Source of the DNA: a virus
Lineage: Duplodnaviria > Heunggongvirae > Uroviricota > Caudoviricetes
Length of the DNA stretch: 37,433 nucleotides
IMG/VR virus record: IMGVR_UViG_2718217716_000005
Reading direction: 5' to 3' (one strand)
Below, piece by piece: positions 17,875 to 27,315 of the stretch. Numbering within the stretch: the first letter of the stretch is position 1; the number at the start of each line of letters is the position of its first letter. The translations under genes and the position numbers were made by a program. The notes under the pieces were generated by a model, which saw only the letters and a list, made by a program, of their open reading frames with translations, was not told where the DNA came from and ran no database searches.

Positions 17875-18822
17875 TTACAGATAATCCGCGACAACCAGCT
17901 CCAGCTTGCCCTTCATCTCGTTAGAGACGGTGGTGTTACCGTCCGCGAACAGCTCGCGCTCCAGCAGCTGCACCGCCTGTTTTTCCAGCGAGGTGGGGAC
18001 AACAATATGGGTGGGTTTGATACCGAGTTTGCGGCCACCGTCAGCCTTAAAGTCACGCATGGCTGACCAGCCGTGCCACAACGCATCCAGCGTCAGCGGT
18101 GACTGCATCATGTAGGCCATCTGCCAGAAGCCGTAGCCCACATTGCGACGGGCGGAAGCACCGAACACAAACTCGTTATCAGTAAACGCACGGCCTTCAT
18201 CGACTTTTGTCTGGGCAACCAGTTCGGCCTTGCGGCGATCCTGGTAAATCAGCGGTTTTACCGCGCGGGAGCAGTCAAGCAGATACCAGGCCGGGCCGCT
18301 GTAATCCGCCTGTGCACCGACAGAGCCGGTTTTTGCCACAAACATATTGCTGACCATCTGTGCATCACCGGAGCCATCCACTTTGGGGTAAACAGGGTGT
18401 TCGATATCAAAGAAGTTCTGGCCGTCATAGCAGGCCGCATTCAGACCATCACGCAGTGCAGCAAAGACCAGTTCATCCGGTTGTGCCGCCGCAGCGCGCC
18501 CCATCTCCTGGAACAACGGGGAGTAGATGCCAAGATTGTCGTCTTCAAAGTCATCGCGGCTAATGGCAACGGTGCCTTCAAAGGTTTTGTTCACGATGGC
18601 GTAGCCATAGGCTTTCATCTTCTCGATGACGCGGGAGCCGATCCACTCACGGAACTGCGGGAACTGCCCCAGCCAGCCGTAGGTGTTGGATTTCGACGTG
18701 GACGGTACGGTCATCGCAATTTTCTGGTACTGCGACGGAGCCATGGACATCCCGGCCTGAAAATCAGAACGGTAGCCCGTCATCAGGGCGGTGATCATCG
18801 CCGGTGTAATCGGGGTAGGCAT
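17875..18822 (-). CDS. Major head (capsid) protein (Mu T-like)
   Basis: 315-aa ORF immediately downstream of the protease/scaffold gene; followed by a GC-rich hairpin at 17840-17865. Confidence 0.8.
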   Translation of the reverse strand: MPTPITPAMITALMTGYRSDFQAGMSMAPSQYQKIAMTVPSTSKSNTYGWLGQFPQFREWIGSRVIEKMKAYGYAIVNKTFEGTVAISRDDFEDDNLGIYSPLFQEMGRAAAAQPDELVFAALRDGLNAACYDGQNFFDIEHPVYPKVDGSGDAQMVSNMFVAKTGSVGAQADYSGPAWYLLDCSRAVKPLIYQDRRKAELVAQTKVDEGRAFTDNEFVFGASARRNVGYGFWQMAYMMQSPLTLDALWHGWSAMRDFKADGGRKLGIKPTHIVVPTSLEKQAVQLLERELFADGNTTVSNEMKGKLELVVADYL

Positions 18823-19946
18823 TATTGCATTTCCTCTTTCATTTTCAGGAACTCGGCTTCGGTTTTACCCAGCAGATGGGCGGCGGCGATATCTTCAGCC
18901 GACAGCACAGCGGTGGCGGTCTTTTTATCCGGCACGGTCACGGTGTCGGTCTGAAGAGTGGTCAGAGCCGCAACCGGCTGGCGGGCGTCAAGCTGTGCAG
19001 AAAGTGCCGCAACACCAATCTGTTGTCCGAGTCCTTCCATGTATCCGCGTTCGCTTTTGAAAATGCGTCCTTCGGACTCGGCCTTATCCAGCAACTGCTC
19101 CAGCGTGGTGCTGCCGTGTTGTGCCGACAACGCGACATATTCGGTACGCAGGGCGTTATACGTCTCAACGGGCACGTATTTCGTCAGATCAATAGTGCCG
19201 CCAGTTGGTGTGCCTTTTGCGGTTTCCAGCTCTGCCGACAGGCTGGCAACCTGTGTTTTCAGGGTGTCGTGCGCATCCGCACGGGTTTTGATCCCGGTAA
19301 GGGCAGACAGCGCCGCCGTGCCCAGTTCCGGCGTAAATTCGTCACCGTCAGCCACGGTCAGACCGAGCGCCGTCAGCAACTGGCGTAATTGCTCATTCAT
19401 GGAGGTGTCCTTTAAAGGAGGGTTTAAGGCGTTATAAAGGTCATCCGCCGACAGTGCGGCGACAGGATTCATGCCAGTCAGACCGGGGTCACCGGTAATA
19501 GCCAGCATCCGGAGCTCAACAGGTTCACCGGTGATTTCGTCATAACTAATCACCGGGGAAAACCAGGGAAATTCGTTATTGCGCAGGTGTTCAATGGCCG
19601 GAGGGTTCCAGTCCGGACGCACTTCAAAACCACGCTCTTCACTGAAACGGAAGTTCTCCGGCGAGGCCATGACAAAACCGGCAGCCGGTGCCGCATGCCC
19701 CTCAATCAGGGTCTGGTGGTTGTAGTCAATCTTCACCGGCTGATTGAGCGCCACAACCCGGGATACCATGCGCCCAACGGTCGCACGGTTAATCAGCCAG
19801 CCTTCAGCCGGTTTTTCCGGGCGACCGTCACGGGCCTTTACCCGACCGGCTGGCATGATCTGACACCAGTCACCGTCCCCGTCTGCGGACAGGCTGATGG
19901 CATTCAGAATGGCATAAGCAAGTTTGGGCGTGTTTTTCGTCTTCAT
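18822..19946 (-). CDS. Head maturation protease / scaffold (Mu I-like)
   Basis: 374-aa ORF; ATG overlaps the downstream capsid gene start. Confidence 0.75.
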   Translation of the reverse strand: MKTKNTPKLAYAILNAISLSADGDGDWCQIMPAGRVKARDGRPEKPAEGWLINRATVGRMVSRVVALNQPVKIDYNHQTLIEGHAAPAAGFVMASPENFRFSEERGFEVRPDWNPPAIEHLRNNEFPWFSPVISYDEITGEPVELRMLAITGDPGLTGMNPVAALSADDLYNALNPPLKDTSMNEQLRQLLTALGLTVADGDEFTPELGTAALSALTGIKTRADAHDTLKTQVASLSAELETAKGTPTGGTIDLTKYVPVETYNALRTEYVALSAQHGSTTLEQLLDKAESEGRIFKSERGYMEGLGQQIGVAALSAQLDARQPVAALTTLQTDTVTVPDKKTATAVLSAEDIAAAHLLGKTEAEFLKMKEEMQ

Positions 19947-20123
19947 TCCGGCAGCATAAGCCGGTGTTTTTCAGGGCAGGTTTTGCGGGACTTCAGAAAG
20001 TGCTGACAGGGGAAAAATGAGAAAGGCGCTTCACGCAGATTTTAAAGCCCGTTAAATACAGGTTAGAAAATCACGACACGCGCCTGAAGAGGGTAAGGTA
20101 ATGTATTTGTATACCTTAAACCA
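19947..20123. promoter_or_regulatory. G-I intergenic region: candidate late promoter and candidate central strong gyrase site
   Basis: 177-bp non-coding gap at the genome centre between G-like and I-like genes, where Mu has P_I and its strong gyrase site. Contains hairpins (ccggc-agcataa-gccgg + T5; taaggta...tacctta). No motif-level confirmation. Confidence 0.35.
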
Positions 20124-20597
20124 TTACGGCGTTTCTGTAGCCTTTTTAAAGCGTTTTCTGATTTCGTCCATGATCTCCTGTTCTGCCACCTGATCAAAGC
20201 CCATATACGGACGCGCACCAATGGCTGCTGGTCCCGGTGGCATACCGGGCAGGCCACCCCACTGATGAATGGCCGCATAAGGCTCATTTGATCCAATCAG
20301 CGCCCAGGTATCGCCATAATCCGTGGTCAGGCGGCGGGCCAGATCGCCGTTCAGCGTCAGGATTTTGCCGGGCGTGTATCCCTTACGGGTACGCCACTTG
20401 CGGTAAGGATCTGACCAGTCATGCCAGCGTTCACCATCCGGCTCTTTTTCCTGTTCAAACGCCATTTCTGACGATGACAGAAGACTCTCCGCCACACTGC
20501 GGGCCAGGTCTTTTCCGCCGCCCACAAACTGAAGCCGGGCAAACACCCGCTGGAGACGCGTAACGTCAACAACGACAGCGGCATCAATGGATGACAT
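20124..20597 (-). CDS. Virion morphogenesis protein (Mu G-like)
   Basis: 157-aa ORF, size and position as Mu G. Confidence 0.65.
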   Translation of the reverse strand: MSSIDAAVVVDVTRLQRVFARLQFVGGGKDLARSVAESLLSSSEMAFEQEKEPDGERWHDWSDPYRKWRTRKGYTPGKILTLNGDLARRLTTDYGDTWALIGSNEPYAAIHQWGGLPGMPPGPAAIGARPYMGFDQVAEQEIMDEIRKRFKKATETP

Positions 20598-20718
20598 ATT
20601 GCCTCCGCATAAAGGATGAATATAAAATAAACAGGCGGTCAGTGTACGCTTAACTGGTAAAGTCGGTGCCTGCCTCCGGGTGGATCATGTATGCGGGTTC
20701 GACCCCCGCCACTGACCG

Positions 20719-22050
20719 TTAATCAATTTGTCCTTCCAGCACCTCAAGCATTCCGCCCCGGATATCCGATTTCAGCTTATCCATATTGATAACCCGGTAA
20801 GCATTCACAATCACATCCAGTTTGTCGGGCTGACGTTTCAGACTGTACGGTGCATTAACGGCAATCTGCACACTGCCATCCTTATTTTCCACGATATACA
20901 TCAGATTGTTGTGCCGTTTGTCCCACAGCACCGCTTTTGGCTTTGCCAGCATTGCCGGTAAGCGCCCGAAGTCCTCTGGCATCAGGGCGATGCCGTCATT
21001 CTGATGTTTCACACTGTCTGCATGGAGCACATTTTTACCGCTCATCGCCAGCAGGCGGGCCGGTGGCGTTCCCGTCCGGCTTTCCACTGCCTGCGCAATG
21101 CTTTCAGTCATAAAGCCCAGCGTGCGGATATCGTTACCACCTCGCCGGGTCTGCATGATGTTTTTTGCCCAGATGCGGAACGCCAGCTGCCGCTCCGGGC
21201 TGTTGTTCATCTCCTGAACCACCATTTCCCGTAACGCCGGGCTTTTCACCTCGATCAGTTTGCGGATCAGCGCCTGGTCTGTGCCGAACGCTGCCGAGCC
21301 GGGGTTATATGACCAGCCCACATCCGGTGTCATGGTTCTGGTGCCATCTGAATATGTGGTCACCGGCATTTCTCTGACTTCTCCGGTCTGTTTATCCACG
21401 CCAGCCTCAACATTGCGGGTGGAGAGATGATCCTCACCGGATGAAACGGATAACCCCATTGCATCCAGACGGGCCTGAGACAATGGTCGCACACGGCAGC
21501 GGCAGTTCCAGCCATTGGGCGGGTAGTGTGTTTTCCAGAACGGATCATCATAGCGGAATACCAGCCCGTTAAGGGCGGAATGCGCCGGGCGGGTGCGGCT
21601 GTCCATGACCGCCACATACTGCCAGAACGGATGCGTGTCCGTGTTGTTCATCATCTGCGTGTAACGCCCGGCATTGTAAGCCACACGGGTGTTCACGTTG
21701 TAAATCAGCGCCAGACGACGGGGACTGCCCAGTTGCACTTCTTCCGCGTTACCGTCGCTGTCCACCACAATCTGCTTTCCCCACCATCCCAGCTTTTGCA
21801 GTCGGGGTGTCAGCGTGCGGATAAATGCTTTCTGTGAAATGCCCTCATCAACAGCACGCAGCACTTCCGCCTGTAGTGTGGTCAGTACGTCCAGCCGTGC
21901 CACTTTTGCTGCCGTGAATGAGCGGGCGTGCACATCCGCGTCTGTTTCGAACCAGTTCCAGCTGATATGCGCTCCTTTGGCGCGGAAGTATGCCACCGCC
22001 TCTTTTGAGGGAAGCGTGGCGGCATAACCTAAATCAATCCCCTGAGCCAT
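20719..22050 (-). CDS. Head morphogenesis / minor head protein (Mu F-like)
   Basis: 443-aa ORF downstream of the portal gene with overlapping start. Confidence 0.75.
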   Translation of the reverse strand: MAQGIDLGYAATLPSKEAVAYFRAKGAHISWNWFETDADVHARSFTAAKVARLDVLTTLQAEVLRAVDEGISQKAFIRTLTPRLQKLGWWGKQIVVDSDGNAEEVQLGSPRRLALIYNVNTRVAYNAGRYTQMMNNTDTHPFWQYVAVMDSRTRPAHSALNGLVFRYDDPFWKTHYPPNGWNCRCRVRPLSQARLDAMGLSVSSGEDHLSTRNVEAGVDKQTGEVREMPVTTYSDGTRTMTPDVGWSYNPGSAAFGTDQALIRKLIEVKSPALREMVVQEMNNSPERQLAFRIWAKNIMQTRRGGNDIRTLGFMTESIAQAVESRTGTPPARLLAMSGKNVLHADSVKHQNDGIALMPEDFGRLPAMLAKPKAVLWDKRHNNLMYIVENKDGSVQIAVNAPYSLKRQPDKLDVIVNAYRVINMDKLKSDIRGGMLEVLEGQID

Positions 22051-23632
22051 CCAGCATCCCCTTCATTTCCGCAGCAAACATGGCATCACTGAGCAGCGTC
22101 ATCAGGCGGGAATCATCCATTTCACGATAAAGGGCAGGCAGGTCTGCCAGCGCATCCGCCAGCCCCCGCGTTCTGATGGCATCAATGACCGGCTCCAGCA
22201 CCGGATCGATGGCCTCCTGTAAGCGGCGGGCAGGCACCGCGTCCCCCATGTCGTCCAGTTCATCACGCGGCGTGTTTTTCGCTTCCGGCAGTCGGGCTGA
22301 AAGCGCCGTCTGTTCTGTCTTTTCCTGTTTTTCCGGTAGCGTTTCCCTGTCAGGCATGGCCGGTTCATTACTGTTCTGACGGACACGGAATATGGCTTCA
22401 CCGGGCGTGGGCTGTGGAATACCGGTCTGCTCCCGTACCCAGGGATCAGGAATATCCATCCCCGCACTGAGTTGCATCACCGCACTGGTTATTTTGGTGA
22501 TATCCCCCGGTTCTTTGGTCTGGAAACAGATACGCGGCAGACGGCGGATATCAATGACATGCGTGGTGTTCAGGGCATACAGCGGATACACCAGATCTCG
22601 GTTCAGGGTTGCAGCCAGCTGGCGTAAATCAGAATCCCTGATTTCCCGGCGCACCTCGTTATGCACCTCACCCAGTGAGCGCGCGCCTTTGTCTCCGGCT
22701 TCCGTGGTCAGCGTACCGCCGAGTATTGCTTTGGAGATGGAACGCTCCCCCCACGAAATCATGGTTTCAAACGGATCGGCCTGACCGTTCGCTGCCGCCT
22801 GAAACTCCAGCGACATCCCGGCCGGGATGATCCCGCCTGTACGTCGCCCGATATCCATCACCGCCCGCATCAGGGCACTTTTCTGCTCCGGCGTTGCCCC
22901 GGACGGGTATTTCCCGACCTTCATTGGCAGGCCGTACACCTCCAGAAATTCCGCCAGATCGCGCACGGAATAGTTTTTGAAAATGAACGGCCAGATAAGC
23001 GTCCGGACAAGCCCGGTTGCACCACCATAGCCGGTGCGTGAACGCGACTGATGCACTATCCAGCCAAAGGGCTGAAACGCCACCCCGGCATGGCTGCCGT
23101 CACGCAGTCGCAGCTCGCTCAAATCATCCGGGTTAAGGCAGAAATGCCCGCTGTCACGCCAGCGGATGGCGCGGATGATGTGCATTTTACCGAGCATCCC
23201 GTGCTCAATTTCCATGCAGGAATAGCCCTTCAGGATGGCATCCGTGGCGTCAAACAGCATGGCATCAAACCAGTCGGCGGAATGCAGATATTCGTCGAGC
23301 ATTTCCGCGTCCTTTTTCTCATTCGCGCTGGCGTTCGGTGGCGGCTCAATGCTCCATGGCACCCCCTGAATGGCAAGACGTCGCTTGCCCAGCTCCGCAA
23401 AAAGGTGGGTGTCCTTTTCTTCAATGTCAGCCGCCAGATCGGACTGGGCAATCAGATCGCCACGTTCAGCCCCGCGAAGGCACTGCGCCGCCCGGTTCGG
23501 GGTGATACCCGAAGCCGGATGTTCAATATAACGGCTGGCAATCTGCGGAATATCCAGCGCGGCACTCTGCATCTCCGGGTCAAAGGAGAAAGGTTTTCCG
23601 TCAGTATCAATGATGCGTCCCACTACCAGCAC
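22034..23632 (-). CDS. Portal protein (Mu H-like)
   Basis: 532-aa ORF downstream of the large terminase with overlapping start. Confidence 0.8.
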   Translation of the reverse strand: MLVVGRIIDTDGKPFSFDPEMQSAALDIPQIASRYIEHPASGITPNRAAQCLRGAERGDLIAQSDLAADIEEKDTHLFAELGKRRLAIQGVPWSIEPPPNASANEKKDAEMLDEYLHSADWFDAMLFDATDAILKGYSCMEIEHGMLGKMHIIRAIRWRDSGHFCLNPDDLSELRLRDGSHAGVAFQPFGWIVHQSRSRTGYGGATGLVRTLIWPFIFKNYSVRDLAEFLEVYGLPMKVGKYPSGATPEQKSALMRAVMDIGRRTGGIIPAGMSLEFQAAANGQADPFETMISWGERSISKAILGGTLTTEAGDKGARSLGEVHNEVRREIRDSDLRQLAATLNRDLVYPLYALNTTHVIDIRRLPRICFQTKEPGDITKITSAVMQLSAGMDIPDPWVREQTGIPQPTPGEAIFRVRQNSNEPAMPDRETLPEKQEKTEQTALSARLPEAKNTPRDELDDMGDAVPARRLQEAIDPVLEPVIDAIRTRGLADALADLPALYREMDDSRLMTLLSDAMFAAEMKGMLDGSGD

Positions 23633-25287
23633 CCCCGATCAAATTCATGATATGCCTCATCGTCATCACGATAACCGCCCTCCATTGCCCGCGACCGCTC
23701 CGGCAGCGCCTGACAAGCTGATTCATCCAGGATGAAGCCCTCCATGTATGACGCCCGGTTTGCCATACAGAGCGCCACGGCAAAATCACCATGGCGGCGG
23801 GCGTTCGCAGCCGTTGCGTTCTGGTCCTTCGTGCGCCCCTTGTCGATTTGCGGGATACCATTCACCACCTTCACATGGCGCAAATCATCAAGCGTGGTCT
23901 GATGGCGGGCGACGAGGATATTCTGATCTTCAAACTCGGCTTTCAGTTTTGGCATCCACTCGCCGTACCACTTCGGCGACAACATCACGCAGTCGATGAT
24001 GTCCGGGCCAAAGGCCAGCAGTGCGGCCTCTGCCAGATAGCCGCCGTTACCGGTGGCGTCGAACGCCGCACCGACCAGTGCCGGAACGCGGGTCAGGATG
24101 TACATCATCACCTGTTCCTGCTGGGCATACGGAAGGTTGCGCAGCTCCACGCGAAACACCTCGCGCTTTGCCAGGGATTCGGTGATTTCCAGCAGCACAA
24201 AGCAGGACAGGTCACCGGTGCGGGCAAAGTCTTCCCCGAAGCTGAAGCGGGAACGGGGATTTAATTTGTCTGTAAACGGTTTTAAATGTTCTTCACACCA
24301 GGTTAAAACTTCCGATTCACGCAGCCATGCGGCACGGCTGATGAAGTCGTCCGGAGCTTCAAACGTCAGAATCGGGATGTCACGGATCATCGCCATTTCA
24401 ATAAGCGCGTGGGGGATATAGGCACCGCCGGATTTTTTCGGGATACAGCCGTATTCCTCGTCGGCGTCCTCACGGGTCGGGGCATTTTTGTAGAGATCAT
24501 CACGCCATTTCTGCTCGCTTTCCGGCGACCATTCCTGATCGGTGACGTAACAGATACGACGGTATAATCCGTCCGCAATGGCATCATCCAGGGTTATGCG
24601 GTGGACGCTGTAATCCTTGCGCCCCTCGCGGGCTTCCTGAATGTACTGATTAAACAGATTATCGACGCCGTTATGCGTGGAAATAATGCGCACGCGTGCG
24701 CCCCACATGGTAAGCGCCATTGCCGCCTTGAGAAGCTCATCCAGTGACTCGTGGAACGCGGCTTCATCAATCACCACATCCCCCTGAAGGCCGCGAAGGT
24801 TTGATGGACGGGAAGACAGTGCCTGAATTTTGAATCCACTGTTCGGAAAGCGGATCATGTAGGTCAAAATTTCTTCTTTTTTATCCCGATCCCAGAATGT
24901 CTGCTCATACACATCAGCATCTGCCAGCTGGTTAAAGGCACGGGAGAACAGCGCGCAGGCAGAAATATATTCCAGCGCCATCTCCTGTTTTGACCCCACA
25001 TAAAACACATTGCGGCCACCACGCCGCTTCGGTTTTGCAGCGGTAATGACGTTACGCCCGGCTTCCGCCCAGGTAAGCCCGGTGCGGCGGGATTTTTCCG
25101 CGATGCAGACCTGACTTTCATCCGCAAACCAGCGGGCCTGATAATCCAGAAACACCGGCATATCACCGGGCAAATCAAGGCTGTCCGGCACATCCACGCC
25201 CAGCAGGGCTTTTTCACCGGACAGATCAATTTTGCGGGGAGGCGTCATTTGTATCAGTGAAGGAGACTTTTCTTTGGCTTTGTTCAT
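23623..25287 (-). CDS. Terminase large subunit
   Basis: 554-aa ORF with Walker-like and nuclease-like regions, first large gene of the late structural block. Confidence 0.8.
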   Translation of the reverse strand: MNKAKEKSPSLIQMTPPRKIDLSGEKALLGVDVPDSLDLPGDMPVFLDYQARWFADESQVCIAEKSRRTGLTWAEAGRNVITAAKPKRRGGRNVFYVGSKQEMALEYISACALFSRAFNQLADADVYEQTFWDRDKKEEILTYMIRFPNSGFKIQALSSRPSNLRGLQGDVVIDEAAFHESLDELLKAAMALTMWGARVRIISTHNGVDNLFNQYIQEAREGRKDYSVHRITLDDAIADGLYRRICYVTDQEWSPESEQKWRDDLYKNAPTREDADEEYGCIPKKSGGAYIPHALIEMAMIRDIPILTFEAPDDFISRAAWLRESEVLTWCEEHLKPFTDKLNPRSRFSFGEDFARTGDLSCFVLLEITESLAKREVFRVELRNLPYAQQEQVMMYILTRVPALVGAAFDATGNGGYLAEAALLAFGPDIIDCVMLSPKWYGEWMPKLKAEFEDQNILVARHQTTLDDLRHVKVVNGIPQIDKGRTKDQNATAANARRHGDFAVALCMANRASYMEGFILDESACQALPERSRAMEGGYRDDDEAYHEFDRGCW

Positions 25288-25535
25288 CAGGCTTTACCTG
25301 TCAGAATGCTTTTGATTCGGAACTCAAGCTCTTCAGTCATCACGTCCACGCCACTCAACTCATCAGTGACAGCCTCTGCCAGCAGCGAATGCAGTTGTTC
25401 CAGGGATATTTCTCCGGCAATGCTGAGTTCAGTCAACTCACGACACGCTTTTATGGTTTCAGGAGGTAACTGTGTTGCAAGACTGAATGCCTTCTGATGA
25501 GCACTACTCATCAGTGAGCGGTTATCTGTTGCCAC
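25287..25535 (-). CDS. Small protein (82 aa) translationally coupled to the large terminase; C-terminus paralogous to the upstream 193-aa protein
   Basis: GTG start at 25535 preceded by AGGAGGTGA. Stop overlaps the terminase ATG. C-terminal AVTDELSGVDVMTEELEFRIKSILTGKA matches AVTDELRGVDGMSEQIEFRIRQMLLGKA of the neighbour. Confidence 0.55.
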   Translation of the reverse strand: MATDNRSLMSSAHQKAFSLATQLPPETIKACRELTELSIAGEISLEQLHSLLAEAVTDELSGVDVMTEELEFRIKSILTGKA

Positions 25536-25545
25536 GATTCACCTC

Positions 25546-26127
25546 CTACGCCTTACCAAGCAGCATCTGCCTGATACGGAATTCTATCTGCTCGCTCATG
25601 CCATCCACGCCGCGCAACTCGTCGGTGACGGCGTTCGCCATCTCTTCAGCAAATGCGGCCCGGATTTCTTTTTCACGCTTAATGCTGCGCTCGGCGGCAC
25701 TTTCCGCACGCTGTGCCGACAGGAGGATGTCCTTAATAAGGCGCATATCCACATCGCTGTCGCTGTTCAGGGATTCGGTGGCAGCACGCAGACGGCGGTA
25801 CATCAGGGCGCGGGACATTTCCAGAATCAGTGCCGTGGTTTCACCGGTCGGCTTGTCCCCCAGTTCGGCCATCATGGCTTTTGTCTGCTCGCGTAAATCA
25901 CGCAGGTTACGGGCAATCAGCTCATTACGGGAGGCCTCCCGGCTGATGGCCGCCGGTGAAAGCTGCTGCTCTTCCGGCAGACCCGCCTCACGGATCAGGC
26001 GGTTGATTTCCTCGCGGATCTGGACCTGCGTCAGACGTTTTTCACGCAGCATTTCCAGCAGCGGCTTACGGATGCTGTCGGGGAGCAAATCCACCTTGCG
26101 TACACGGCCACGAGTTGGCTTATCCAT
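25546..26127 (-). CDS. Terminase small-subunit-like / DNA-packaging protein (Mu gp27-like)
   Basis: 193-aa ORF with a basic N-terminus and coiled regions, directly upstream of the terminase genes. Confidence 0.6.
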   Translation of the reverse strand: MDKPTRGRVRKVDLLPDSIRKPLLEMLREKRLTQVQIREEINRLIREAGLPEEQQLSPAAISREASRNELIARNLRDLREQTKAMMAELGDKPTGETTALILEMSRALMYRRLRAATESLNSDSDVDMRLIKDILLSAQRAESAAERSIKREKEIRAAFAEEMANAVTDELRGVDGMSEQIEFRIRQMLLGKA

Positions 26128-26129
26128 CG

Positions 26130-26420
26130 TTATCCCCTTGCGCGTGGTTTCTTCACACCCGGAACAGTGGCACGACCTTCCGCCACATCCTGACCCCGGC
26201 CGGTCAGTTCAGCGATGAAATAACCGTTAACAAGCGTGCGCTTACGCACCAGTCCCTGCTCGGCAAGCCAGGCAATGTGGGTGTGAACGGTGTCGCGGGA
26301 CACACGGTGGCCGTAATCATCCAGGCAGTCCTGAAGCACGGATTCGCCCAGTTCGCCGTTGTAATCCGCCAGCGACCGCAGAATGACAAGACGCTGATCT
26401 TCAGTAATGAAATCACTCAT
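26130..26420 (-). CDS. Hypothetical late protein (Mu gp26 position)
   Basis: 96-aa ORF; start overlaps the upstream stop. Confidence 0.5.
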   Translation of the reverse strand: MSDFITEDQRLVILRSLADYNGELGESVLQDCLDDYGHRVSRDTVHTHIAWLAEQGLVRKRTLVNGYFIAELTGRGQDVAEGRATVPGVKKPRARG

Positions 26421-26725
26421 TGTGTTTTTTTCCTTACAGCCTGCTCCAGCAGCAGTTCGTTCTGGTGGGAGACGGATTTCAGGGTGGCATTGGTGGCCTT
26501 AAGCTCACCGCGCAGGGTGGTGATTTCGATATTGAGTCTGTTCACCTCCTGCTGCGTGGGCAGGCCGGAAATCCGGCTTTCCACCCGCTCAACCCGGTCG
26601 GAGAGTTTTTCAAAGGCCTCGCGGGGGACAAAGGTTTTGCGCATCAGCGCCATAAAGATCCCCCCGGCCGTGGCTGTTGCCGACAGGATCGGCACGACAT
26701 AATCTTTAACGATGCTGACCCACAT
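26417..26725 (-). CDS. Small membrane protein with N-terminal transmembrane helix and coiled-coil (Mu gp25-like, candidate lysis accessory protein)
   Basis: N-terminus VVPILSATATAGGIFMALM is hydrophobic, followed by a helical region; located just after the spanin genes. Confidence 0.5.
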   Translation of the reverse strand: MWVSIVKDYVVPILSATATAGGIFMALMRKTFVPREAFEKLSDRVERVESRISGLPTQQEVNRLNIEITTLRGELKATNATLKSVSHQNELLLEQAVRKKTQ

Positions 26726-26933
26726 GACCGGCCTCCATGATGCTCTGGCAGTTCACACAACGGATGGCATCCGGCACGGCAACCAGACGGGCGGCCGGAA
26801 TGTCACCCCCGCAGTCCGCGCATACACGCCTGCCCGGAGTCTCCTCCACCCGGCACTTACGTGTCAGCCGGTCACAAAGGGCGCGTTCTGTTGCCCGCTC
26901 CACGACTGCCTGAGCACAATCTGAATCATCCAT
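26706..26933 (-). CDS. TraR/DksA-family C4 zinc-finger protein
   Basis: CADCGGDIP...CVNCQ pair of CxxC motifs. Start at the internal Met at 26931-26933 with AAGGAAAAGG ribosome-binding site. Confidence 0.55.
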   Translation of the reverse strand: MDDSDCAQAVVERATERALCDRLTRKCRVEETPGRRVCADCGGDIPAARLVAVPDAIRCVNCQSIMEAGHVGQHR

Positions 26934-26943
26934 ACCTTTTTCC

Positions 26944-27315
26944 TTACTTCGTCTTTCCTGCCGGAACAGCAGTCGTTCCGGCCATATCAGTAAATTCATG
27001 CTGTCGCTGTGCCTCCAGACGGCGGATGCTGGCCTTGTCCACGTTGCAGTTCTTAATCACCGCCAGCAGTTGCAGGTTGTAAGTGACCGATGCGCCAAAC
27101 GTGAACGGCTGCGGCACAGGAGGAACCAGACAGTCAGCCAGCCATTCAGCGGGGATCGGCACCGGCTTCACCGGCACGTATTTCACAGACGGCCCGCCGC
27201 ACCCGGTCAGCCACATCATCAGGCACAGGAACAGAGGCCGCAGGCACCGTTGCCAGCGACCGGCGGACAATGCTCTGCTGTTCCTCGCTGTGCTGCATGT
27301 TCTGCTGTTTTTCAT
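26944..27315 (-). CDS. Outer-membrane spanin-like lipoprotein (Rz1-like), overlapping the i-spanin in another frame; start uncertain
   Basis: Lipobox LTGC preceded by hydrophobic LRPLFLCLMMW; Pro-rich mature region. Confidence 0.5.
   Translation of the reverse strand: MKNSRTCSTARNSRALSAGRWQRCLRPLFLCLMMWLTGCGGPSVKYVPVKPVPIPAEWLADCLVPPVPQPFTFGASVTYNLQLLAVIKNCNVDKASIRRLEAQRQHEFTDMAGTTAVPAGKTK

Noticed and set aside
20637-20717. Possible tRNA gene (T-arm-like gcgggttcgacccccgc plus an acceptor-like 8-bp inverted repeat)
   Set aside because: No D-arm or anticodon stem could be folded at any register; no 5-bp stem with a 7-nt loop exists in the intervening 48 nt. Kept only as a structured-element observation.
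25487-26218. 243-aa plus-strand ORF (also 18397-18954, 23051-23650, 10113-10718, 11232-11860 and similar)
   Set aside because: These are antisense to well-supported minus-strand structural genes, lack ribosome-binding sites and have Arg/Ser/Cys-rich low-complexity translations typical of spurious ORFs in GC-rich DNA.
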